30,465 bases of DNA from a virus (IMGVR_UViG_3300048029_000034:1-30465), one strand, 5' to 3'; numbered from the stretch's first letter, positions 1 to 8,817 are shown. Program-made: numbers and translations. The notes: generated by a model from the sequence alone, not told the origin.

Positions 1-1332
1 CCTGAGTTTATCGAAGGCGAGCACCACCGATTATTCGCGCAAAAGCTAGAAGATGTTGCGAAAGGCAAAATTAAAAGATTAATTGTCAATATGCCACCCA
101 GACATACCAAGTCTGAGTTCGCTTCAGTCTACTTCCCCTCTTGGTTTATGGGACTCAAACCAAATACCAAGATCATGCAGACCACGCACACCGCGGAATT
201 ATCTGTGAGATTTGGTAGAAAGGTAAGGAACCTTATGGATCAGAACGAATATAAACAATTATTTGATGATTTTGGTTTATCTGCCGATTCCAAATCAGCT
301 GGGCGATGGGAAACCAATAAAGGTGGCGAATACTTTGCGGCAGGTGTGGGTGGAGCTATTACTGGGCGTGGTGCCGACTTGTTAATCATCGATGACCCAC
401 ATTCAGAGCAAGATGCTATGTCGCCGTCGGCTTTAGAGAATGCTTGGGAGTGGTATTCTTCTGGACCGCGACAAAGATTACAGCCGGGAGGCTCAATCGT
501 CATAGTCATGACGCGTTGGAGTACCATCGATCTTACTGCTAAATTGATTAAACGTATGTCCGAAGATAGTGCTGACCAATGGGAAGTACTAGAGTTGCCA
601 GCGATTATGGATTCTGGCGAACCACTTTGGCCTGAATATTGGAAGATCGAAGAATTGGAAGCTGTCAAAGCTTCTATTCCAGTAGCTAAGTGGAATGCTC
701 AATATATGCAGAATCCAACCAGTGAAGAGGGCGCCATTGTTAGACGTGAGTGGTGGAATATCTGGGAAGATGAAGAACCGCCACCAGTTGATTATATTAT
801 TCAATCTTACGATACCGCTTTCTCGAAAAAAGAATCGGCTGACTATTCAGCGATTACTACTTGGGGTGTGTTTCGTCCGAGTGATGACGCCCCGGATTCA
901 ATAATTCTTTTGGATTCTAAAAAAGGTCGTTGGGATTTTCCAGAACTTAAAGGAATTGCCTACGACGAATACCAAATCTGGAGCCCCGACATGGTCTTGA
1001 TTGAGGCTCAATCGAGCGGGACTCCTTTGACTCAAGAGCTGAGAATGATGGGCATACCTGTAATTAACTTCCGACCCTCGCGAGGTAACGATAAAGTTAC
1101 TAGAATGCACTCGGTAGCACCGATGTTTGAATCGGGTATGGTCTGGGCACCAGAGATGGGCTTTGCCGATGAACTTATTGAAGAATGTGCTGCGTTTCCG
1201 TTTAGTGAACACGATGACTTGGTAGATTCCATGACACAAGCTTTAATGAGATTTCGTCAAGGTAATTTCATCTCGCTTGATTCGGATGAAATTATGGAAG
1301 ATAATGACTTCACGAATAAAGTTTATTACTAG
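1..1332 (+). CDS. terL: Terminase large subunit (5'-truncated by the window edge)
   Basis: Frame is open from base 1 (PEFIEGEHH...LIVNMPPRHTKS). Walker A-like PPRHTKS, ITGRGADLLIIDD Walker B, MTRW, QYMQNP, and a RNase H-like nuclease part (SYDTA, DYSA, HDDLVDS). Confidence 0.97.
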   Translation, partial: PEFIEGEHHRLFAQKLEDVAKGKIKRLIVNMPPRHTKSEFASVYFPSWFMGLKPNTKIMQTTHTAELSVRFGRKVRNLMDQNEYKQLFDDFGLSADSKSAGRWETNKGGEYFAAGVGGAITGRGADLLIIDDPHSEQDAMSPSALENAWEWYSSGPRQRLQPGGSIVIVMTRWSTIDLTAKLIKRMSEDSADQWEVLELPAIMDSGEPLWPEYWKIEELEAVKASIPVAKWNAQYMQNPTSEEGAIVRREWWNIWEDEEPPPVDYIIQSYDTAFSKKESADYSAITTWGVFRPSDDAPDSIILLDSKKGRWDFPELKGIAYDEYQIWSPDMVLIEAQSSGTPLTQELRMMGIPVINFRPSRGNDKVTRMHSVAPMFESGMVWAPEMGFADELIEECAAFPFSEHDDLVDSMTQALMRFRQGNFISLDSDEIMEDNDFTNKVYY

Positions 1333-1346
1333 AGGATTAAAAGATT

Positions 1347-1967
1347 ATGGCTAGAATTACAAAAAAACCTGCAAAAAAACCTGCAAAAAAAATTACAACA
1401 AAGTCTGTAACAAAAGCAACAAATAAAGTAAAGAAAACTGTTAACAGTCCAGCCGCTAGGAAAAGAAATCCTAAACCAGGTTCAGTAAAAAGAGTTCAAC
1501 AAAGAAGACAAACTGCAGCCGACAGGTTAAAGAAGCCTTTAAAAAAACCTTTAACAAAACCTTTAACAAAATCTTTGAATAGCAGAGGATCTCAAAGAAA
1601 GCCAGTTAACAAATCAACCAACAAAACAAACCTCCCAACTCAAAAACCAACTCCTAAAAAATTACCTGGAAGACTGGGTAAGATAGCTGCTGTTGGTACA
1701 GCTTTAGGCGCTGGAGCTCTAGCTTTAATGCGTAAAAAAGATCCTACTTTCGGCGAAGCTTTCAAAAAAGCTAGAAAAGAAAAAGGACCTAACTCAACTT
1801 TTAATTACAAAGGTAAAAAATACAGCACGGTTACTAAAGACCAAGTTGAAAAAGCTGGACACAGCACTTTAAGATCTTATCTAAATGCTGGCGGTAAAAA
1901 GAAAAAAACTGGTTTAACAACTAAAAGAAGAAAAACTGGCGGACCACCTTTAAGACGTAGGAGATAA
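1347..1967 (+). CDS. Lys/Arg/Pro-rich basic protein (histone H1-like repeats) with a hydrophobic segment and FGEAFKKAR..FNYKGKKYST module
   Basis: GAGG RBS; KKPAKKPAKK and KKPL/TKPL repeats; AAVGTALGAGALAL segment; ends RKTGGPPLRRRR. Confidence 0.8.
   Translation: MARITKKPAKKPAKKITTKSVTKATNKVKKTVNSPAARKRNPKPGSVKRVQQRRQTAADRLKKPLKKPLTKPLTKSLNSRGSQRKPVNKSTNKTNLPTQKPTPKKLPGRLGKIAAVGTALGAGALALMRKKDPTFGEAFKKARKEKGPNSTFNYKGKKYSTVTKDQVEKAGHSTLRSYLNAGGKKKKTGLTTKRRKTGGPPLRRRR
1360..1391 (+). repeat. 12-bp tandem repeat (caaaaaaacctg, about 2.7 copies) encoding KKPA
   Basis: Directly visible in the sequence. Confidence 0.85.
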
Positions 1968-1969
1968 TT

Positions 1970-2533
1970 ATGTCAGTAACAAAATTAGCAAAAGCTGCTG
2001 CAAAAATAAGACAAGCAAGATTAAAAAAAGCTGAAGAAGCGGCAAAAAAAGTTAGAAAAGAAGGAAAGTCTTACGATAAAAAAATAAAGAAAAATATAGT
2101 AAAAGATATTTCTAAAGGAAAAAAGCCAGCACCTGCTACTATGCCGGGTCAACCAAAAAAACCCATGTCAAAAAATAAAAAACTTGGCGCTTTAACAGAA
2201 GGTACAAAAAAGAAAAGAAGAGACGCTAGAATAAAACGTATGGAAAGAGCGGGTCCTTTAGGTTTAAAAAAACCTAAAGATGAAATGCCTTTAAAATTTG
2301 GCGCAGGTGGTGTAGTTAAAAAAGTAGCTTCAAGTTTAATAAACAAATACAAACCAAAAATAAAAAATCAAAAAGAAGATTATGGTCTTTACAGCAAACA
2401 AGACTATTCTGGCGTAATTAAAGAAGCAGAAAAAACTAAAAAAAGAATACAAAGAAACAGAAAAGTAGCAGGCACCGTCGGCGGAGTAACAGCTGCAACT
2501 GTAGTAGCGAGCAACGTAAAAGATAAAAAATAA
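1970..2533 (+). CDS. Lys-rich basic protein, possible internal virion/DNA-binding protein
   Basis: AGGAG RBS; very high K/R content; contains FGAGG; Ala/Gly/Val-rich C-terminus. Confidence 0.8.
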   Translation: MSVTKLAKAAAKIRQARLKKAEEAAKKVRKEGKSYDKKIKKNIVKDISKGKKPAPATMPGQPKKPMSKNKKLGALTEGTKKKRRDARIKRMERAGPLGLKKPKDEMPLKFGAGGVVKKVASSLINKYKPKIKNQKEDYGLYSKQDYSGVIKEAEKTKKRIQRNRKVAGTVGGVTAATVVASNVKDKK

Positions 2534-2539
2534 TTTTTT

Positions 2540-2785
2540 ATGTCAAAGAAGATTGAGGATCTCTCTTACGAAGAGACGATGGAGAAGATTACCAATATCA
2601 CAAATTATTTAGAGAAAGATAATCTCAGTCTTGATGAATCTATCGAAGCATTTGCCTATGGGGTAAAACTTAGCAACCATGCTAAAAAATTGTTAAACTC
2701 TGCTGAAGATAAAATGAAAAAAGTCTTAGACAAGGAGCACGTAGATGACTCAAAAAAACTCGAAAGTAAAAATATATTTGACTGA
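2540..2785 (+). CDS. xseB: Exodeoxyribonuclease VII small subunit-like protein
   Basis: LSYEETMEKITNITNYLEKDNLSLDESIEAFAYGVKLSNHAKKLLNSAEDKM follows the XseB pattern (sFEeal..LeeIv..LE.g.lsLeesl..fe.Gv.L...c...L..Ae.kv); 81 aa is typical. Confidence 0.88.
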   Translation: MSKKIEDLSYEETMEKITNITNYLEKDNLSLDESIEAFAYGVKLSNHAKKLLNSAEDKMKKVLDKEHVDDSKKLESKNIFD

Positions 2786-2969
2786 GTTTAGGGTACAAGG
2801 TGAAAACACAATTTACGAAGGACCTAATATATTTGCTAGTAGCTCAGAAATAGCAGAAAATATAGCGGAACAGATGGGAGTTACTGTAGTTGGGGAATTA
2901 CAAGATATAATTTCTCTTTACGATGACTTGTACGAAATATTTGATAAAGATGAAAGAGTATTACACTAA
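2745..2969 (+). CDS. Small acidic hypothetical protein
   Basis: AAGGAG RBS upstream of the ATG; its stop overlaps the portal start (TAATG). Confidence 0.7.
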   Translation: MTQKNSKVKIYLTEFRVQGENTIYEGPNIFASSSEIAENIAEQMGVTVVGELQDIISLYDDLYEIFDKDERVLH

Positions 2970-5443
2970 TGGCAGATATAGATAAAGCAATAGGTTCTGA
3001 TGATCTAATAGATTTAGAAGTAGATAATCAAGACAAAACAATTAACGTCGAAGTACCAGAAGACATCGAGATAGATTTATCTGTCTTCGAGCGCGGGGAA
3101 GATGGAACCCTAACCTTTGGTTCGGTGTTAACGCCAGATTTATCAGAACAATTCAATGACAACTTAGCTGAATATTTAGAGCAAGATGAGCTCGATGATA
3201 TTTACAGTGATTTAGTTGACGCCGTAGAAGCCGACAAATCCTCACGACAAGGTTGGGAAGATACTTACAAGGAAGGTTTAGAAACTTTAGGAATGAATTA
3301 TGAAGAAAGGTCACAACCTTTCGAGGGTGCCTCTGGCGTTATGCATCCATTGTTAGCAGAATCGGTAACTCAGTTTCAAGCACAAGCTTACAAAGAAATA
3401 CTACCATCGAATGGTCCAGTAAGAACTCAAGTAGTTGGTGCTAAAAATCCAGACAGTGAAGCACAAGCTGGTCGTGTTAGTGAATTCATGAACTATCAAT
3501 TGATGAATGTCATGGAAGAATACGATACTGAAACAGATCAAATGTTATTTTATTTACCATTATCTGGTTCGGCATTCAGAAAAGTTTACTACGATCAAAA
3601 TTTAGGCCGTGCTGTTTCTAGATTTATTCCAGCAGAAGATTTAGTTGTGCCTTATGCCACAACTGATATTTATAGTGCTGGCAGAATTACGCATATCGTT
3701 GATATGTCTATGAACGATATTAAAAAATTACAACAAGCTGGATTTTACCGAGATGTCGATATATCTGAATCAATGATAGTCGATACCGATACAGATTCTA
3801 TCCAAGAAGAAATAGATGAATTGCAAGGTGTCGAACCTAGCTATGGCGAAAGCGATCAATGTGAACTTTATGAAGTGCATACTGACTTAGATATTCCAGG
3901 GTATGAAGATGTAGATGCTGAAGGTGAACCTACAGGAATTAAATTACCTTATGTGATTACGCTTTCAACTACTACTAACGAAGTATTATCGATTAGAAGA
4001 AACTACAGACAAAACGACCCATTGAAAAAACGCATAAATTATTTTGTGCATTATAAGTTTTTACCGGGTTTAGGTTTCTATGGATTTGGGTTAACTCACA
4101 TGATTGGTGGGTTATCAAAAGCGTCAACATCTATTCTAAGACAATTGATAGATGCTGGTACATTGTCTAACTTACCAGCTGGTTTTAAAGCAAGAGGTAT
4201 TCGTATCAGAAACGATGACCAACCGCTACAGCCGGGCGAGTTCAGAGACATGGATGCTCCAGGCGGGAGCTTACGAGATGCTTTTGTCCCACTGCCATTT
4301 AAAGAGCCATCTGGCACTTTACTTAATCTGCTAGGTACCTTAGTAGATAGTGGCAGAAAATTTGCAGCCTTAGCTGAAATGCAAATAGGTGACGCTAACC
4401 AAAACATGCCAGTTGGTACTACCGTAGCTTTACTAGAGCGTGGTACCAAAGTCATGTCAGCAATCCATAAAAGATTGCATTCTTCACAAAGATTTGAATT
4501 TATTTTATTAGCCAAAGTATTCGCTGATTACTTACCACCAGAATATCCTTACATGAGTTCTGCTGGTGACGGCATGATTAAACAAATGGACTTTGATGAA
4601 CGCGTAGATGTACTACCAGTTTCAGATCCAAATATTTTCTCCATGAGTCAGCGTGTTATGTTGGCTAATGAAATATTACAAGTCGTAAATTCAAACCCAG
4701 AGATTCATGGCATACAAGGTATCTATGAAGCGTATCGCAGAATGTATGCTTCGATGGGTGTGCAGAACATAGAACAGTTATTGCCACCACCGCCACAACC
4801 GATGCCAACTGATCCAGCAAGTGAAAACGCTTTGTTGATTAAAGGGCAACCTTGTCAAGCCTTCCCTGGACAAGATCATGATGCGCACATCAATGTGCAT
4901 ATCTCATTAGCACAAACAAGTTCAGTAATGATTGAGCCTATTATCATGACTAACATTCAAGCACACGTTTATCAACATGTAGCTTTACGTGCCGCTGAGA
5001 TTGTCGACATGCAAAATATGCAAGACCCAGAGTTTATGCAAATACAACAAATGCTTATGGAAATGCCACCAGAAATGGCTATGCAACAACAGCAAAAAAT
5101 AGATGAAGCGATTGCGAAAGATGTGTCACAAATTCAAGCTGGACTGATGTCGCAAATCAATATGGCATTTGTGCCACCAGCGCCACCAGCAGACCCATTG
5201 GTAGCTTTGCGTGATAAAGAATTAGATATTAAGGCTCAAGATGTAGAACGTAAGAGCCAAGAATTTGCAGCTAGACAACAATTTGATGCTATGCAAGCCA
5301 TGAAGCAAATGGAATTAGCTAGAGAAAAATTAAATGTTGCTAGAACGATTGCCGAGATGAAAGATGATTTAGGTCGTGATAGATTAGATTCTAGCGCTAG
5401 AATAAAAAAAGCAGAATTGCTGATAAAGAATAGAGGAAATTAA
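2969..5443 (+). CDS. Portal protein (P22-like, long helical C-terminus)
   Basis: 824 aa downstream of TerL; HPLLAESVTQFQAQ, GSAFRKVYYD, LRQLIDAGTLSNLP motifs; Q/M-rich coiled-coil C-terminus. Confidence 0.93.
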   Translation: MADIDKAIGSDDLIDLEVDNQDKTINVEVPEDIEIDLSVFERGEDGTLTFGSVLTPDLSEQFNDNLAEYLEQDELDDIYSDLVDAVEADKSSRQGWEDTYKEGLETLGMNYEERSQPFEGASGVMHPLLAESVTQFQAQAYKEILPSNGPVRTQVVGAKNPDSEAQAGRVSEFMNYQLMNVMEEYDTETDQMLFYLPLSGSAFRKVYYDQNLGRAVSRFIPAEDLVVPYATTDIYSAGRITHIVDMSMNDIKKLQQAGFYRDVDISESMIVDTDTDSIQEEIDELQGVEPSYGESDQCELYEVHTDLDIPGYEDVDAEGEPTGIKLPYVITLSTTTNEVLSIRRNYRQNDPLKKRINYFVHYKFLPGLGFYGFGLTHMIGGLSKASTSILRQLIDAGTLSNLPAGFKARGIRIRNDDQPLQPGEFRDMDAPGGSLRDAFVPLPFKEPSGTLLNLLGTLVDSGRKFAALAEMQIGDANQNMPVGTTVALLERGTKVMSAIHKRLHSSQRFEFILLAKVFADYLPPEYPYMSSAGDGMIKQMDFDERVDVLPVSDPNIFSMSQRVMLANEILQVVNSNPEIHGIQGIYEAYRRMYASMGVQNIEQLLPPPPQPMPTDPASENALLIKGQPCQAFPGQDHDAHINVHISLAQTSSVMIEPIIMTNIQAHVYQHVALRAAEIVDMQNMQDPEFMQIQQMLMEMPPEMAMQQQQKIDEAIAKDVSQIQAGLMSQINMAFVPPAPPADPLVALRDKELDIKAQDVERKSQEFAARQQFDAMQAMKQMELAREKLNVARTIAEMKDDLGRDRLDSSARIKKAELLIKNRGN

Positions 5444-5449
5444 TGAATG

Positions 5450-5458
5450 TGATAAGAT
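5450..5458 (+). promoter_or_regulatory. Putative extended -10 promoter (TG-a-TAAGAT)
   Basis: TGnTAnnnT just after the portal stop; predicted start site falls at the base of the hairpin at 5466. Confidence 0.45.
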
Positions 5459-5465
5459 TAAAAAC

Positions 5466-5505
5466 GCTAGGGCCTAGTTTTCAATCTTCTCCCCTTGGCC
5501 CTAGC
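5466..5505 (+). promoter_or_regulatory. GC-rich hairpin in the 5' leader of the basic-protein cluster
   Basis: gctagggcc (5466-5474) is the perfect reverse complement of ggccctagc (5497-5505); pyrimidine-rich loop; no U-tract. Confidence 0.65.
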
Positions 5506-5518
5506 ACCTTAAAAGGCT

Positions 5519-5839
5519 ATGGCAATTACTAGGTCACAACTTAAAAAGACCACTAGAAAAAGTCCAAAGGGCAAAATGCCCTCCAAAAATAAAAAGAATT
5601 TTAGACCTACTAAAAAAGGTGCAGGTATGACTGCAGCAGGAGTCAGAAAATATAGGAAGCTGAACCCCGGTTCTAAATTAAAAACTGCCGTAACTGGCAA
5701 GGTGAAGAAGGGTAGTAAAGCAGCTAAGAGACGTAAATCATTTTGTGCTAGATCAGCTGGACAAATGAAGAAGTTTCCTAAAGCAGCTAAGAATCCTAAT
5801 TCAAGATTAAGACAAGCAAGAAAAAGGTGGAAGTGTTAA
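5519..5839 (+). CDS. Small highly basic phage protein (RRKSFCAR...SRLRQARKRWKC type)
   Basis: K/R-rich; the RRKSFCARSAGQM and NPNSR...RWKC motifs are recalled from many uncultured phages. Confidence 0.85.
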   Translation: MAITRSQLKKTTRKSPKGKMPSKNKKNFRPTKKGAGMTAAGVRKYRKLNPGSKLKTAVTGKVKKGSKAAKRRKSFCARSAGQMKKFPKAAKNPNSRLRQARKRWKC

Positions 5840-6124
5840 ATGGCTACAAATACTAGAAATAAAAAAACTGTAAAAAAAGTTGTTAAAGCTTTAAACAAAG
5901 CTAGCAAAACTCATGCTAGACAAGCTAAATCTTTAAGTGCTTTAAAATTAAAAAAAGGCGGTAAAGCTAAAAAGAAAGGCGGTTCTAAACCAACCAATCC
6001 AGCTTTATACGCTAGAGTAAAAGCAGAAGCTAAACGTAAATTTAAGGTTTACCCTTCAGCTTATGCTAACGCTTGGTTAGTTAGAACTTATAAAAAACGT
6101 GGTGGCGGTTACAGAAGTTCGTAA
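5840..6124 (+). CDS. Small basic protein with YPSAYAN motif (DUF5872-like, N-terminal part)
   Basis: PTNPALYARVKAEAKRKFKVYPSAYANAWLVRTYKKRGGGY; abuts the preceding gene. Confidence 0.8.
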   Translation: MATNTRNKKTVKKVVKALNKASKTHARQAKSLSALKLKKGGKAKKKGGSKPTNPALYARVKAEAKRKFKVYPSAYANAWLVRTYKKRGGGYRSS

Positions 6125-6129
6125 CTAAT

Positions 6130-6714
6130 ATGAGAAGCCTTCATTTTCTGCTTCCTGAAGCATTACCAAATAATATTATTGAAGATATAAAAAATATGGC
6201 GTTACAGTTCCCAGAGGAAATGGGAGTGATTGGCGGAGAAATAGGTAAAAATGCTACGCAAGATAAAGATCTTAGAAGGTCTCAAATTCGTTGGATAGAC
6301 CCACGTACAGACGATACAGCTAAATTAACTAATCTTTGTACTAATTTATTTTGTGATGTTAATAGAGAAATTTTTGGGCTAGATATTGAAAGAATATTTA
6401 ATATTCAATACACAGAATACTTAGCAGCTAACAAAGGTTTTTATTATAGACATATAGATAGTTTTGCAGGCAGAGGAGAAATGTATGATAGAAAACTTAG
6501 TATGACCATACAGTTATCTGATTCAGATGAATATGAAGGAGGTGATTTTGAATTCGATAATGATATTTTAAAAAATCCTCCTGATAGAAATACTTTAAGA
6601 GAGAAAGGTAGAGTTTTAATTTTTCCTTCTTTTATACCGCACAAGGTAAATCCAGTTACTAAAGGAATTAGAAAAAGCCTAGTGACTTGGATAGAAGGAC
6701 CAGCTTGGAGATAA
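6130..6714 (+). CDS. 2OG-Fe(II) oxygenase (PKHD/prolyl-hydroxylase-like)
   Basis: HID (HxD), RKLSMTIQL, YEGGDFEF, LIFPSFIPHKV (distal His) and GIRKSLVTW (2OG-binding RxS). Confidence 0.92.
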   Translation: MRSLHFLLPEALPNNIIEDIKNMALQFPEEMGVIGGEIGKNATQDKDLRRSQIRWIDPRTDDTAKLTNLCTNLFCDVNREIFGLDIERIFNIQYTEYLAANKGFYYRHIDSFAGRGEMYDRKLSMTIQLSDSDEYEGGDFEFDNDILKNPPDRNTLREKGRVLIFPSFIPHKVNPVTKGIRKSLVTWIEGPAWR

Positions 6715-6727
6715 TCATGGTAGAAAG

Positions 6728-6755
6728 TTGCAGGAAAAATTCAACAAGTTAAAAT
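6728..6755 (+). promoter_or_regulatory. Possible sigma70-type promoter TTGCAG-N16-TAAAAT
   Basis: Lies in the 75-bp intergenic gap; AT-rich background lowers specificity. Confidence 0.3.
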
Positions 6756-6789
6756 ATTTGCACAAGGAAAAAAATAATAAGGAAAAAAC

Positions 6790-7137
6790 ATGGCAAAGCC
6801 TAGCGGCGGATTAACAGAATGGTTTGGTAAAGGACCCAAAGGCGATTGGGTTGATATTGGCGCACCAAAGAAAAAAGGTAAGTTTCAAAAGTGTGGTCGA
6901 GCTAAAGTAAAAGGTTCTAAAAGAAAATATCCTAAATGCGTACCCAGATCAAAAGCTAAAAGCATGACAGCTGCACAAAGAAGCAGCGCAGTTAAAAGAA
7001 AACGTGCAGCTGGTAATCCGGGAGGCAAACCTACCAACGTAAAAACTTTCGCTAAAGATGGCAAACTAATACGAAAACACCACAAAGGTTGTGGTAAAGT
7101 GATGTCAAACAGAAGGAAGAAAACTAGATATTCATAA
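6790..7137 (+). CDS. Small basic protein (W..WVDI..CGR..YPKCVP type; DUF5872-like, C-terminal part)
   Basis: GGLTEWFG, DWVDIG, KCGR, KYPKCVP and C-terminal FAKDG...HKGCGKV; AAGGA RBS. Confidence 0.82.
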   Translation: MAKPSGGLTEWFGKGPKGDWVDIGAPKKKGKFQKCGRAKVKGSKRKYPKCVPRSKAKSMTAAQRSSAVKRKRAAGNPGGKPTNVKTFAKDGKLIRKHHKGCGKVMSNRRKKTRYS

Positions 7138-7143
7138 AAATTA

Positions 7144-7332
7144 ATGGCAGAAGATCTCAATTTAGCCGAATGGCTATTAAAAAAAATTAGACAAAGACAA
7201 GAAGATATACTTGAAACATTGGGTGCAGGTAATATAAAATCCGTTGAAGATTACAGATTTCACATTGGTGAGTTAACAGCACTTCGCACCATGGAATCTG
7301 AAATAAGAGAAGTGCTGCAAGAAGAGGATTAA
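7144..7332 (+). CDS. Small helical hypothetical protein
   Basis: 62 aa, fills the gap and is closely spaced to both neighbours. Confidence 0.75.
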   Translation: MAEDLNLAEWLLKKIRQRQEDILETLGAGNIKSVEDYRFHIGELTALRTMESEIREVLQEED

Positions 7333-7334
7333 CG

Positions 7335-7811
7335 ATGACCGAACTAGCAGTTCCTAACCACATCGCAGAAGAAAGAAAAAAGGAAAGAGAAGAAGCAGCA
7401 AGATCAGATGTAGATAAAGCTTATGTCAAAACTGAAGACAGAGTTTTAGATCCTACATTGCTAGATAAATCATTACTTGAAAGAATGCCTAATCCCACTG
7501 GCTGGCGTATATTGGTTTTACCTTACAAAGGTAAAGGCGTAACCGAAGGTGGCATACACTTAACCACATCTACTTTAGATCGAGAATCTTTAGCTACAGT
7601 AGTTGCCTATGTTTTAAAAGTAGGTCCTACTGCATATAAAGAAGACGATAAATTTGAAGGCGAGGCTTGGTGTAAAGAAAAAGATTGGGTATTGATTGGC
7701 AGATATGCGGGAGCTCGCTTTCGTTTAGAAGACAATCACGAAGTAAGAATTATTAATGATGACGAGGTAATCGGTACCATTAATGATCCCGATGATATTA
7801 AAACTTTATAG
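7335..7811 (+). CDS. groES: GroES-like co-chaperonin with N-terminal extension
   Basis: PTGWRILV, TEGGIHL mobile loop, VLKVGP, DWVLIGRYAG, IINDDEVIG. Confidence 0.9.
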   Translation: MTELAVPNHIAEERKKEREEAARSDVDKAYVKTEDRVLDPTLLDKSLLERMPNPTGWRILVLPYKGKGVTEGGIHLTTSTLDRESLATVVAYVLKVGPTAYKEDDKFEGEAWCKEKDWVLIGRYAGARFRLEDNHEVRIINDDEVIGTINDPDDIKTL

Positions 7812-7818
7812 GTGATTT

Positions 7819-8817
7819 ATGGCTGAACAAGAATATGCTTTACCAGATATTTCAGAAGAGCAAGTAGAGAAAGCTGCTTTACCAGTTGGTAAAAGAGCTG
7901 ATCAAGAAGCTTCTGATGAAACTAAGTTCATTGATCTTGAAGAAAACAAAGATGAACTTAAATCTATTGAAGAAGACACTATTCAAGAAAACTTTGAAAC
8001 CAGTGACAAGGTAGTAGAAGAAAACAAAGACAAAGGCGAAGTTGAAAAGAAAGCTGCTTATGCACAAAACAGAATTAACAAAGCTGTTGCTCAAGCAAAA
8101 GATTTTCAAAGACGCGAACTTATGGCTGTGCAATATGCTAAACAGCTAGAAGAAGAAAACAATAAATTAAAAGCGACCAAACAATCTTTTGAAAAGACTA
8201 TGTTTGATAGTCGTAAAAACGAAACAGATGCTGCTATTGATTTAGCTAAACAAGCTCATAAACAAGCTGTTGAAGCGAATGATGCTGAATCAATCGCTAG
8301 AGCTACTGAAGCTTTAAGTACTGCAATCGCTGAAAAAAAATATATTGAAGCGTCTGAGCAAAGAAGCCAGTTTGAAGCAGAATATGATCAAACTGTAAAT
8401 CAAGAAACTCAAAGCCCACTTCCAGAACCACAACAGGTTCAAGAATATGCAGAGCCTTCTCCGAAGGCACAGTCATGGGCAAATAAAAACTCTTGGTTCG
8501 GTCAAGACCGAGTAGCCACTACTGTGGCTCTTACTATTCATGAGCAATTAGCTAATGAAGGTTTTGATTTAAACTCAGATGAGTATTACAATGAATTAGA
8601 TAACAGACTTAGGTCGGAAATACCTAATAAGTTTGATAACAACGTGGAAGCTACAAAACCCGTCCAAACCGTTGCTTCACCATCACGCACTACATCGACT
8701 GGACGCAAACCAAGTAATCGAGTGGAGCTTTCTCCAAGCGAGCAAAGACTAGCGAAACGCTTAGGCGTTTCATTTAAAGATTACGCAATACAAAAAGCGA
8801 GGTTACAGAAATCGTGA
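7819..8817 (+). CDS. Probable capsid scaffolding protein
   Basis: Acidic N-terminus, long coiled coil, WANKNSWFG, basic C-terminal helix-loop-helix (LSPSEQRLAKRLGVSFKDYA); upstream of the capsid genes. Confidence 0.72.
   Translation: MAEQEYALPDISEEQVEKAALPVGKRADQEASDETKFIDLEENKDELKSIEEDTIQENFETSDKVVEENKDKGEVEKKAAYAQNRINKAVAQAKDFQRRELMAVQYAKQLEEENNKLKATKQSFEKTMFDSRKNETDAAIDLAKQAHKQAVEANDAESIARATEALSTAIAEKKYIEASEQRSQFEAEYDQTVNQETQSPLPEPQQVQEYAEPSPKAQSWANKNSWFGQDRVATTVALTIHEQLANEGFDLNSDEYYNELDNRLRSEIPNKFDNNVEATKPVQTVASPSRTTSTGRKPSNRVELSPSEQRLAKRLGVSFKDYAIQKARLQKS

Noticed and set aside
91-114. Non-canonical Walker A (PPRHTKS) as a sign of an inactive terminase
   Set aside because: The Lys-Ser and all other ATPase/nuclease motifs are intact; more likely a natural variant.
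6717-6752. 11-codon ORF after the oxygenase
   Set aside because: Too short, no supporting features, and it overlaps a promoter-like sequence.
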